Assembly: GCF_046119375.1 (NCBI RefSeq)
Contig: NW_027362916.1
Coordinates: forward strand, 1,736,001 to 1,800,000
Source: Phyllobates terribilis
Taxonomy: Eukaryota
Reading direction: 5' to 3'
Length of the DNA stretch: 64,000 bases
Positions 24,479-35,220 of this stretch are shown piece by piece. Below the pieces are notes generated by a model. It had not been told where the DNA came from. It searched no databases and saw only the letters and a list, made by a program, of their open reading frames with translations. A program made the position numbers and the translations under genes. Position 1 is the stretch's first letter; each line of letters starts with the position of its first letter.

Positions 24479-26275
24479 ATTAGTGTTAGACTTGCGGGCA
24501 GCATTCCCAGCTGAGACGTGTGACTGCTACAGGGTGGACTGCATGCCCTGGGTGAAGTCTGTCGCAAGCCAGCAAGCATCACCAGACAAAATGGAGGACC
24601 TGCTGAAACACCTGTTCCAGTCGCAGCAGCATCAACAGGAGACCAACAGGCTGTAGTTACAGCAGATCCAGCAGCACTAGCAGAAACAACATCAGCAGAT
24701 GCAGCTTCTGGCAACCGCCATCCAGGACAGGACGAGCACTCCAACCCTAGGTCCGACTGATGACTCCCATGTCCGGAAGGCGGTATGACGGGCTTTGCAG
24801 AAAATGACCCTGGGGGATGACGTGGAGACCTTCCTGATGGTGTTTCAAAGGGTCATCGAGAGGGAGAAATTTCCACAAGAGCAGTGGGCAGAGGTACTGT
24901 CGCCATACTTGACTTGGAGAGCCCCAGAAGTACGCGTAGTAGGCGTACTATGATTTAGCTTTGCAGGATGCCAAAGAGTATGGCAAGCTAAAAACTGAGA
25001 TTCTCACGCGCTTGGGGGTGACAATGACTATCAGGGCACAGCGGGTTCTTATCACCGGAACAAACCACCTCCATCCCAAATGTTTGACCTGCAGCACCTG
25101 GTCCAGAAGTGGCGCAGCCAGAGACCTCAATGCCTGCACAGTTGGTAGAGTGGGTGGTGATGGACCGGTTTGTGCACTCCCTGCCGAGGCCCATACAGCC
25201 TTGGGTTGCCCAGGGTGATCCCCGGTATGCGGATGAACTGGTCGGACTGATCGAGAGATACCAGGGTGTTGAAGGTTCCTTGGGAAGGCAGCCCACTACA
25301 TACTGGAATTCCCAACAGGGGGTGGAGGCCCAAAAGGTGGTGGGACTTCCAAGGTCCAAATGGAAGAGGGAGGTGGTGCCCAAGGTCCATACAGGTGATG
25401 TTGTTTGCTGGAGGTGCCACGGCCCAGGCCATATAGCCGCCCATTGTCCCCTGACCCTTGTGCGATGGAATGCAGCATAGGACAACGTTGTTCATATTAT
25501 GCTTATCCGGCCTGCAGTGTGAACTGTCCACCCAGCGAGGGGCCACAAGCATGTCACGTGAAGGTGAACAGATGGGAGGTAACGGCACTGCTAGACTCCG
25601 GGAGCCTGGTGACCCTTATGAGGGCCACTCTTCCTCTCCAAATTATCACAGGGAAAAAAGTCGGCGTTCAGTGCATTCATGGTGATGCTAAAGACTACCC
25701 TACGGGCCAGAGTGGACATTGAAATGGCCCACGGTACAGAGTCCCACGAGGTCGGCGTCGTTCAGGACTTGTTGCACCCTATTATTATAGGCTGGGACTT
25801 TTGCTTGTTTTGGGATCTGTGGGGGAAGGGTTCTGAGTTCGCTGGCTCAGATAAGAAAAAAATTAACCCTAATGAGGTATCACCACACCCAGAGTCAGAC
25901 AGGTTTCCTTTTTGTGTCCTTGTGGGGGATGAGGAGGTAGTGCCTCCTGAGTCTGCCATTCCAGAGTTAGGGGTGACTAACGAGAATTTTAGGTCTGCCC
26001 AACATAGGGACCTAACTCTGAAGGAAGCCTTTAATAATGTCACTATTATAAATGGGGTTGCACAGGAGTCGGGGGCTGACACAGGGTTTCCCCATTTTAT
26101 GATGAGTAAGGAGTTGTTGTACCGGGTCGAGAAAGTGAGGGAGGAGCGTGTGAAGCAGTTAATAGTGCCGGGCCCCTTTACATGGAAGGTGTTGGACATG
26201 GCCCATTCACATGTCTTGGGGGGACATCTGGGAGTTGAAAAAACGCAGGAACGGATCGTGCAAAGGTTCTATTGG

Positions 26276-28330
26276 TGAACATTGGACATAATTTCAAAAA
26301 ACATCACAGTAAAAGATAATACCTTACCAACACCAGGTCAGATTGCCAATGCTCTGCAGGATGCAGCAAGCCTACATGATAAAGGCAGGGCCAGCACATG
26401 TGCAAAATACTGAAGCAGACAGCCACTCACTAACCTACCAAATTCATGGAGGGGGAGGCTGTGTAGTATTATACATGCACACCGATGGAGTCTGCATAGG
26501 GCGGGTGCCAGTCACACAGATATGTGTGAAGCACAGTGCAAAAAAATGTGCAAAAAAGATGAAAAATAGTGTATAAGATAAATACACCACATGATAAATA
26601 CCCCACCAGGCCTCTTTAGTGTTGGCTAGGTGAATTGGGGCATATGTCTCGTGGGCTTGCATGTATATAGTGCTTGGCAGCCCGTCTGATCTAATAGTAT
26701 GGGCGTCATCAATAGGCTGCAAGCCAGACAATGTGCATCACACATATCTGTGTGACTGGCGCCCTATGCAGACTCCATTGGTGTGCATGTATAATACTAC
26801 ACAGCCACTCCCTCCATGAAATGGTAGGTTAGTGAGTGGCTGTCTGCATCAGTATTTTGCACATGTGCTGGCCCCACCTTTATCATTATGGCTTGCTGCA
26901 TCCTGCAGTGCATTGGTAATCTAACCTGGTGTTGGTAAGGCATTATCTTTTAGGCTATGTGCCCACGATGCAGAAATGCTCCGGATTTTTTCCTGAGCGT
27001 TTCTGCATCTCCCTGGCAGAAAAAACGCATGCGGATTGTACGGAAGTGAAGCGTTCTTCACATGCATTTCCGCAAGCGGGTTGTCAAGCACTTTCCAAGC
27101 CATTTTAGCATCACTTGGAAAGTGCTTGACAACTTGGTCACACTATATAAATACATGCAACCGGCATGGATTTATATAGGGTGACCGAAAGAATGGTAAA
27201 AAATAAAAAATAAATATATACTTAACTTCTGATGGCCCCCGGTGTCTTTATCCGATGCGTCCTGGCTTACCGGCAGCTCGCGGTAGACTAAAGGACCTGC
27301 CGACGTCAGCGGTCGCGTGACCCATCACATGACTAATTGACATCATGGCAGGTCCTTTTCAGACCATCGTGAGCTGCCGGCAAGCCGAAACGCATCGCTA
27401 AGGACACAGGGGGCCATCAGAAGGTAAGTATAATGTATATTTTTTATTTTATTCTTTTTTTTACAGGTTCTATGGTACCCGGGTCCGGAGGAGAGTCTCC
27501 TCTTCTCCAAACCCGGGTACCATCCGCACATTGAAACGCATGGATTCCGTATCTGCAGGTGCTATGATGCGGATTCCATGCGTTCCAATGCAAGTCAATG
27601 GCGGCGAAAACGTCGCGCTAAAGCAAAATAATTGGTAGTGCTGCAGATTTTTCCGCAATGATAATCCGCAGCGGAAATTTCCGCAGCATGTGCACAGCAC
27701 ATGGGATTATCAATGGGGAACATGGCAGACTTTCTACCAAGTGTTTTTTAAGCGTTTCTGCAGTGGAATTGCCACTGCGGAAACGCTTAAAAAACGGATA
27801 GTGGGCATACAGCCATACTGTGATGTTTTTTGAAATTATGTCCAATGTTCACCATTTTTAATGTTTAGAGTTAGGACTCGCAAGTATGAGGACCCTTGAC
27901 GTTTGGGTTGCGAGCTTGTGTATTTTGGCCAAAATATCGACCAATACCTCATGTGGTGTATTTATCTTCTACACTATTTTTCATCTTTTTTGCACATTTT
28001 TTTGCAGGATGCGGCCAGGCCTCTTTAGTGTTGGCTGGATGAATTGGGGCGTCTGTCTTGTGGGGGTGCACGTATATAGTGCTGGGCAGCCCACCTGATC
28101 TAATAGTATGGGCGTCATCAACAAGCTGCAAGCCAGAAACTGTGCATCGCACATATCTGTGTGACTGGCGCAGACTCCATCGGTGTGCATGTATAATACT
28201 ACACAGCCACCCCCTCCATGAATTGGTAGGTTAGTGAGTGGCTGTCTGCATCAGTATTTTGCACATGTGCTGGCCCCGCCTTTATCATGGAGGCTTGCTG
28301 CATCTGGTGTTGGTAAGGCATTATCTTTTA
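26276..28330. mobile_element. Non-coding fold-back / partial-tandem insertion with a 15-bp TSD
   Basis: CAAAGGTTCTATTGG is duplicated at 26261-26275 and 28331-28345. The integrase frame (QRFYW|PGCHRE) resumes after it. Confidence 0.85.
26953..27814. mobile_element. PIF/Harbinger-type MITE nested in the fold-back insertion
   Basis: TIRs GGCTATGTGCCCAC / GTGGGCATACAGCC, TTA/ATA flanks and internal palindromes. Confidence 0.7.
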
Positions 28331-30794
28331 CAAAGGTTCTATTGGCCCGGATGTCACCGGGAAATATTTAAGTATTGCAGGTCTTGCCCTACGTGCCAGT
28401 TAACAGCCCCCACCTCTCACTTTTGAAGTCCCCTCGTGCCATTGCCCATTATTGAAGTGCCGTTGGAGAGAATTGCTATGGACTTGGTCAGTCCTTTTGT
28501 TGAATCTGCTCGTTAGCATCAATTTATATTGGTTATCCTGGACTATGCCACACGCTATCCTGAAGTGATTCCACTGAGAAACTCCTCCGCAAAGAATATA
28601 TCCCGTGAGTTGGTCCACGTTTTTTCCCCAACAGGCTTACCAAAGGGAGATACTCACAGACCAGGAAATTCCCTCTATGAGTAAGGTGATGAGGGAGTTA
28701 TGCAAAGCCCTCCAAATCTCCCAACTGAGGACTTCAGTATACCATCCTCAGACAGATAGCCTATTCGAAAGGTTTAACAAGACTCTGAAGAGTATACTGA
28801 GGAAGGACATAGAAAGGGACAGTAGAGACTGGGACTGTCTCCTACCGTATCTGTTTATTCTCCAACCGAAAGGTTTCACAGGTTTCTACAGGGTTCTCGC
28901 CATTCGAATTTCTGTATGGCCGACATTCGCGGGGTCTTCTGGGTGTCACAAAGGAAATCTGGGAAGCCGAATTCACCCCCCACAGGAGCGTCATCGAGCA
29001 CGTTGCTCTGATGCAGGAGAGGATTGTGAAGGTGATGCCCATCGTAAAAGAACATCTCCTCCAGGCACAAGAAGCTTATGCCAGAGTCTACAACCGGTCA
29101 GCCAGAGTGAGGCAATTCAATTCGAGAGACCGGCGTCCTCATGCTAATTCCTACGGTGGAAAGTAAGTGCTTGGCCAAGTGGCAAGGGCCTTATACGATG
29201 GTGGAAAAAGTGGGTGAAGTGAACTACAAGGTTCGTCAACCGGGACGACGTAAGCCGTACCAGATATACCACATCAACCTTATCAAGTCGTGGCAAGACA
29301 GAGAGGCTGTGGAAGCTCCATGCTTGCTGGGCAAGCTAGAAGGTGACGTTGGATGAGTCGCAATAGCGGAAACACTAACGAAGGCCAAGAAACAGCAGTG
29401 TCGGGAGTTGATGCAGAAGAACAGGGATCTGTTCTCGGAATTGTCGGGCTGCACAAGGGTCACAGAACACAAGGTTCTGACGGATCCACATGTGCGGGTG
29501 AACTTGAAGCCCTATCTGATACCTGAGGTCCAACGAGAGTTGATATCCAAAGAGGTAGCTTGTATGCTGAAGCTCAGTGTCATTGAAGAATCCAAGAGCA
29601 GTTGGTCGAGCCTGATCGTCTTGGTCCCAAATCCCAATGGTGAGTGGAGATTCTGCAACGACTATCGGAAGTTGAATGAGGTTTCCAAATTTGATGCATA
29701 TCCAATGCCAGGCATCGTCGAGCTGATCAAGAGGCTTGGGCCAGCAAGGCACATAACCACCTTGGATCTGACGAAGGGATATTGGCAGATCCCCATGGCA
29801 CAGGTAGCCAAAGAGAATACTGCGCCCGACGGATGCTTCCAGCATGCCCGGATGCCGTTTGGACTGCAGGGGGCCCCTGCAAAATTCCAGAGAGCTATGG
29901 ATTGCATCCTTGCATCCCATAAGAAATATGCACAACATACCTGGACAATACTATCTTCAGTCCAGACTGGGAGAGTCATATGGAAAAGATTCAGGCTGTG
30001 TTTGATGCTCTGAGGAAGGTGGGGTTGGTTTTCAATAAACTCGAAGAAATGTGGCATGGGGAAATAAGAAGCCAAGTACTTCGGATATGTAGTGGGTAGA
30101 GTCGAGATAAAACCCCAAAATACTAAAGTAGAAGCAATCTAAAATTGGCTGAGACCGGTGTCGAAAAAGCAAGTCAGAGCCTTCCTGGGAATCATGGGAT
30201 ACTACAGGAAATTCATCCCAAACTTCGCCATGATGGCGGCACCCCTGACTGATCTCCTTAAAGGGACAAAATCAGCCAAGGCCAAGTGGACTGCAGAGGC
30301 GGAGACGTCCTTTCAAAAGATGAAACTGGCTCTGTGTAGGCAACTGGTCCTGGTTGCCCCGGACTTCAATAAAGAGTTTATACTCCAGACAGATGCCTCA
30401 AATATCGGGATAGCAGCAGTCCTTTCCCAGGAGATACACGGGGAGGAGCACCCTGTCCTCTACCTGAGTAGAAAGCTGTCCTCCAGTGAGAAAAATTATT
30501 CGGTCATAGAGAAGGAACGCTTTGCTATAAAGTGTGCAGTGGACACCTTACCGTACTATCTGTTAGGTCAAAAATTTAGATTATTATCCGACTATGCTCC
30601 ACTCAGATGGATGAGGGAAAAAAGTGAAAAAATGCCAGAGTCAACCTCGAGTTTTTAGCCCTACAGGACTCCTACTTCCCTGTAGAACATAGAGCAGGGA
30701 AGCTACATGGTAATGCCGATTCTCTCTCGAGAATCCCCTGTCTGGCAGTAAAAGGTGTCAAGCCCACGGCCTTAGGCAGAGGGGGGGGGGGGTA

Positions 30795-31415
30795 TGTAAG
30801 GTGGCTAATGGTCGCGTAGTCGATGGGAGGTATGTGTCACAGAGATGGTTGGTCTCTGTGATGTAACCCGGAGGGTTTCTCTAGGGCACATAAGCACTAA
30901 GAGGATCATTTGGTGCACCTGGGAGCCGGGTTACGGGTAGCTAGGAGAGAATGGGCGGGTCCAGCTACCCACATACCTCACCTCTGGGTGTGGTTAACAG
31001 CCTATAAAATGAAGGCTGGACAGAGGCTGGACAGACATCTGTCTGAGATGATCTAGTGAATCCTGCTTTGAGCAGGGGGTTGGACCAGATGACCCAGGAG
31101 GTCCCTTCCAACTCTACCATTCTATGATTCTAAGGCTGTTTGGCCCATGGTCTGTGTGTTTGGAGGTAGAAGGCCTCCTGTGTATGTTTGTCTTCAGACC
31201 AAGCCAGGACACTGGACGCTACCCCAGCTTGTGTGCCACACAGGCCTGGCTGAGCAGAGACCTGCTAAGGACATTTACTTTGTTTGCCTGATCTAAAGGC
31301 TGTTTGCTTTTCTGTTTGGCTTCTGGGTTTATGAAGTAATAAACCCACATGAAATTTTAAAGGAACATGCCTCCTGTATTCCTCCCATTGTGCCCCAGTG
31401 AGTAAAACCCCTACA
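30795..31415 (+). repeat. 3' LTR of Gmr1-type element 1
   Basis: TGTAAGG...CTACA, preceded by a G-rich PPT. Confidence 0.85.
31019..31131 (+). mobile_element. CR1 LINE 3' terminal fragment inserted in the 3' LTR
   Basis: CR1 tail GGTCCCTTCCAACTCTACCATTCTATGATTCT and a 7-bp TSD AAGGCTG (31012-31018 / 31132-31138). Absent from the 5' LTR. Confidence 0.9.
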
Positions 31416-32510
31416 ATATGTATAAAGGAAAGGGTATGGTACTCAGAGAATGTTTCAATAATCCGCCTCAACGCATTTTCCCAACAGGTTCATTAGGAGG
31501 CTTGATAGAGGAATGATAATTCATGATGTTCAGCATAGTGTGCCTAATAGCCAGGTGTCCATGTTTAAATATCCCACTTCATCCAAAACCCCTCCCAGAC
31601 TAGGAGGCTCATTCCCATTCCTAGAGGTGAATTGTCACAGGATATACAGAATAGAGTCTGTCTACAATAATATACTGCGCCTAAAACTACTTCTCATGAG
31701 CTAGAGGTTCGATAATGTCCATCACCTAGTGTACATGTCCGGAAGTGACGTGCTTTTTGCTAAAACACCAGATAAACTGATTGCCGCCGCGCAACTCATA
31801 CCTGTGACTGCGCATGCCCGTAGTTATAATTCCACACCGGCGTGCATCTAAGATCATTGTCCGCGATTGCGCATGCCCAGATGTCTGCGTTCCACACCGG
31901 AGCACATATGGTATTGGATTGCATTCCACCAACAGAAAAATCCTCTCTCTGAAATCAGTATCATGGGAGACTAAAAATAAGTATTGCACATCCTCCCATC
32001 ATGCAATCGGCATGTGGATCTACTTTATCACTACAAAATATATGGGATGGTGGCCCACAGTATACTCCTAAATGGTCATATTTGACCACTATTGCATAAT
32101 TAGAGATATAGAAAGATCACCACACTTGTTAGTTACTAAATAGTAAAATTGGGATATAACTGATAAGAAATAATTCTGATATAGAAGCTCAGATCTCTTG
32201 ATGAAGTAAAACAATATGTGAACCTCGTTCACAGGGAACTGAGAAGCAATGGGTAGAGTATAAAATCCTAAAATGTAATCCGGAATGGGTCTGTATTCAT
32301 ACAAAACAGGCATAGGAAATTAGCTCATTCAGTCCCTTAGGGCCTAGTGAATTCAGTCTGGAAATCCACTCACTTTCCTTTTTGAGGATACATCTATTAA
32401 GATCACCACCTCTCACATTGGGTTTAACCACTTCAATGATGCAAAAGGAGATGTCTCTTCTTTCACCTCAATGTGCACTGTTCATGTGTCTCACTAATGG
32501 GGTGTCCTGA
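31416..32510 (-). mobile_element. Penelope-like element fragment (GIY-YIG C-terminus, 3' UTR/pLTR with hammerhead relic)
   Basis: The minus strand reads RGGDLNRCILKKESEWISRLNSLGPKGLNELISYACFV* (stop at 32297), matching the PLE endonuclease tail. The downstream region holds GC-rich promoter-like motifs and a minimal hammerhead. Confidence 0.8.
31465..31501 (-). ncRNA. Degenerate minimal type I hammerhead ribozyme (G5A)
   Basis: GCCTC-CTAATGA-ACCTGTTGG-GAAA-ATGCG-TT-GAGGC, with a 5-bp stem I. Confidence 0.7.
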
Positions 32511-32668
32511 TGTCACACCAGGTGTGAGTGCAACGCAGAGAGTCACGCCAGGTGTGAGTGCAACACAGAGGAGAAAGGGAAAGGGAGACCAGATACTAGG
32601 GAAAAGGGGGAAGAGGTGACCTCCTAATCTGGACTAGCATCACCCTGTCTCTCCCTAACATCCCTATA
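32511..32668. repeat. LTR-like terminal fragment
   Basis: Starts TGTCACACC and truncates the Penelope ORF. The family was not identified. Confidence 0.4.
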
Positions 32669-32671
32669 CAG

Positions 32672-33548
32672 CCTGCATAAGGGGCATAATGGAGGCATTA
32701 CACTGTGGGGGGCATCATACATCCTGCATAAGGGGCATAATGGGGGCATTACACTGTGTGGGGGCATCATACATCCTGCATAAGGGGCATAATGGGGGCA
32801 TTACACTGTGTGGGGGCATCATACATACTGCATAAGGGGCATAATGGGGGCATTACACTGTGTGGGGCATCATACATACTGTATAAGGGGCATAATGGTG
32901 GCATTACACGGTGGGGGGCATCATACATACTACATAAGGGACATAATTGGGGCATTACACTGTGGGGGGCATCATACATCCTGGATAAAGGGCATAATGG
33001 GGGCATTACACTGTGAGGGGGCATCATACATACTGCATAAGGGGCATAATGGGGCATTACACTGTGTAGGGCATCATACATCCTGCATAAGGGGCATAAT
33101 GGGGGCATTACACTGTGTGGGGGCATCATACATCCTGCATAAGGGGCATAATGGGGGCATCATACATCCTGCATAAGGGGCATAAAAGGGGCATTACACT
33201 ATGTGTGGGCATCATACATACTGCATAAGGGGTATAATGGGGGCATCATACATACTGCATAAGGGGCATAATGGGGGAATTACACTGTGTGGGGCATCAT
33301 ACATACTGCATAAGGGGCATAATGGGGGCATTACACTGTGTGGGGGGCATCATACAGCCTGCATAAGGGGCATAATGGGGGCATTACACTGTGGGGGCAT
33401 CATACATCCTGCATAAGGGGCATAATGGGGGCATTACACTGTGGGGGGCATCATACATCCTGCATAAGGGGCATAATGGGGGCATTACACTGTGGGGGGC
33501 ATCATACATCCTGCATAAGGGGCATAATGGGGGCATTACACTGTGGGG
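32672..33548 (+). repeat. 51-52-bp G-rich minisatellite, about 17 units
   Basis: Unit CCTGCATAAGGGGCATAATGGGGGCATTACACTGTGTGGGGGCATCATACAT. Confidence 0.95.
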
Positions 33549-33745
33549 CCAGTAAAGGGGTCCTGTACTATGAGAACAATACGTTTCCTCCCTTCCTGTC
33601 TCCATAGTTGGGTCGTATGTATCTATTACAGGAAACAGGACAAAAACCTTATGATTCTTATAAAGGAGCAACACTAGACCCCAAAAGAGTCTCAGTGCTG
33701 AAGGGGTTAATGCCCCCTGCGCCCAGTAATGGGGTCTCCACATAC

Positions 33746-33860
33746 CTCCACCTGCAGAGCCGCCACCACATATATGGCTGCTCTGTGCGCACAGGAGCTG
33801 TGATGAGGTCACAGGAGGGGAGGAGTCAGGGGTCACATGATCAGGGGCCTCAGTGGATGC
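33746..33860 (-). promoter_or_regulatory. Putative promoter and non-coding first exon of ZNF gene 2
   Basis: Donor GAG|GTATGT at 33745 and E-box GTCACATGAT at 33832-33841; paralogous to 9845-9960. Confidence 0.6.
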
Positions 33861-33947
33861 AGGACTCTGCTGTGCTGGTTGTCATGGTGCTGGATGAGCT
33901 GAAGTTTATGTGTGGGGTCAGGAGGGGGTTTACAGTGTAGATGTAGC

Positions 33948-34610
33948 AGAGCCGCGCGTGTACGAGGTGTACGGAGCGGAGCCGCGCGTGTACGAGGCGT
34001 ACGGAGTGGAGCCGTGTGTGTACGAGGTGTACGGAGCAGAGCCGCGTGTGTACGAGGTGTACGGAGCGGGGCCGCGCGTGTACGAGGTGTACGGAGCGGA
34101 GCCGCGCGTGTACGAGCTGTACGGAGCGGAGCCGCGCGTGTACGGAGCGGAGCCGCGTGTGTACGAGGTGTACGGAGCGGAGCCGCGTGTGTACGAGGTG
34201 TACGGAGCGGAGCCGCGCGTGTACGAGGTGTACGGAGCGGAGCCGCGCGTGTACGAGGTGTACGGAGCGGAGCCGCGCGTGTACGAGGTGTACGGAGCGG
34301 AGACGCGCGTGTACGAGGTGTACGGAGCGGATCCACGCGTGTACGAGGTGTATGGAGCGGAGCCGCGCCGCGCACGTACAAGGTGTACGGAAAGGAACAG
34401 CGTGTGTACAGAGCGGAGCCGTGTGTGTGCGAGGTGTACGGAGCAGAGCCGTGTGTGTGTGAGGTGTACTGAGCGGAGCCGCGCGTGTACGAGGTGTATG
34501 GAGTGGAGCCGCGCATGTACAAGGTGTACGGAAAGGAACAGCGTGTGTACAGAGCGGAGCCGTGTGTGTGCGAGGTGTACTGAGCGGAGCTGTGCGTGTA
34601 CGAGGTGTAT
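33948..34610 (+). repeat. 30-bp CpG-rich minisatellite; decayed continuation at 41707-41825
   Basis: Unit GTACGAGGTGTACGGAGCGGAGCCGCGCGT, with 6 CpG per unit. Confidence 0.95.
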
Positions 34611-34622
34611 GTATCTGTGCGC

Positions 34623-35113
34623 TGTAAGGTTTCTACCGGACAGGTCGTGAACAGGAGGCATGTGTCCCCAAAGTACCAAGCTTCGGTGATGTAGGACCTG
34701 GAGAAGCAGGCTCCAGCACACATAGTGCTGAGAGGGTGTTAATGGGCCTGGATTAAAGGGCTGGGTTTTACGAGCAGCTGAAAAAGCTGGGGGTGAGGAA
34801 CAGCTGCTCACTTACCTCCAGTCCAGGTCTTGGAAGGCCTGATTTAAGACAGCTGCGCCTGTCTCAGTGTGCTGTGTGTTGTGCAAGGTGAGCAGACCTT
34901 TCATGTACTGCTCAGAGTCGGCTGGAGGCAGAGAAAAGTCTGGACCGGTTATTTTGAGTTTTATCTTGTTATACCTTTTGTGCCAGAAAAAGGCTGTTAT
35001 GTTTTGTTTTCCTGGTTGGTTTATGGACATTTAATAAACCACCAGTTTGCTTTGGAACCTGAGGACTGCATTCCTGTGTGAACTTGCACCTACACGAGAG
35101 CTAATCTGTCACA
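34623..35113 (+). repeat. 5' LTR of Gmr1-type element 2
   Basis: TGTAAGG...GTCACA; direct repeat of 41190-41706. Confidence 0.9.
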
Positions 35114-35116
35114 AAT

Positions 35117-35134
35117 TGGTGGAGAATGCGGGCA
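35117..35134 (+). promoter_or_regulatory. Primer-binding site complementary to tRNA-Ala(AGC)
   Basis: TGGTGGAGAATGCGGGCA, 3 nt after the LTR, is the reverse complement of the vertebrate tRNA-Ala 3' end (...TGCCCGCATTCTCCACCA, recalled from memory). Confidence 0.8.
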
Positions 35135-35220
35135 CAAATCCCAAGGGGCAGTGTGACTTCTACAGGAAAACGTATATGTCCTGGGTGAAGGCCGCCAGCC
35201 AGCAAGGTTCGTCCGGCAGC

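Larger units (their letters stand above)
24582..30740 (+). pseudogene. gag-pol remnant of Gmr1-type element 1, interrupted at 26276-28330; start approximate
   Basis: Fragmented ORFs in the order gag, protease, integrase, RT, RNase H. Confidence 0.85.
24012..31415 (+). mobile_element. Gmr1-type Gypsy LTR retrotransposon no. 1 (gag with SCAN-like domain and CCHC, then PR-INT-RT-RH), decayed, in the first intron of ZNF gene 2
   Basis: LTRs at 24012-24478 and 30795-31415, PPT before 30795, and near-TSD GTAT/ATAT. Motifs: CWRCHGPGHIAAHCP, LLDSGS, HSHVLGGHLG...CRSCPTC, TSVYHPQTD, LDLTKGYWQIP, TDASNIG. Confidence 0.92.

Noticed and set aside
27875-27915. Possible ribozyme in the fold-back unit (CTCGCAA...TTGCGAG stem)
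   Set aside because: There is no CTGANGA/GAAA core on either strand, so it is only a hairpin by eye.
33833-34811. Several overlapping ORFs of 150-296 aa
   Set aside because: They are translations of the 30-bp minisatellite, which lacks stops in most frames.
35117-35134. tRNA gene
   Set aside because: It is only an 18-nt antisense match next to an LTR, so it is a PBS. The equivalent site in element 1 (about 24481-24500) is too decayed to call.
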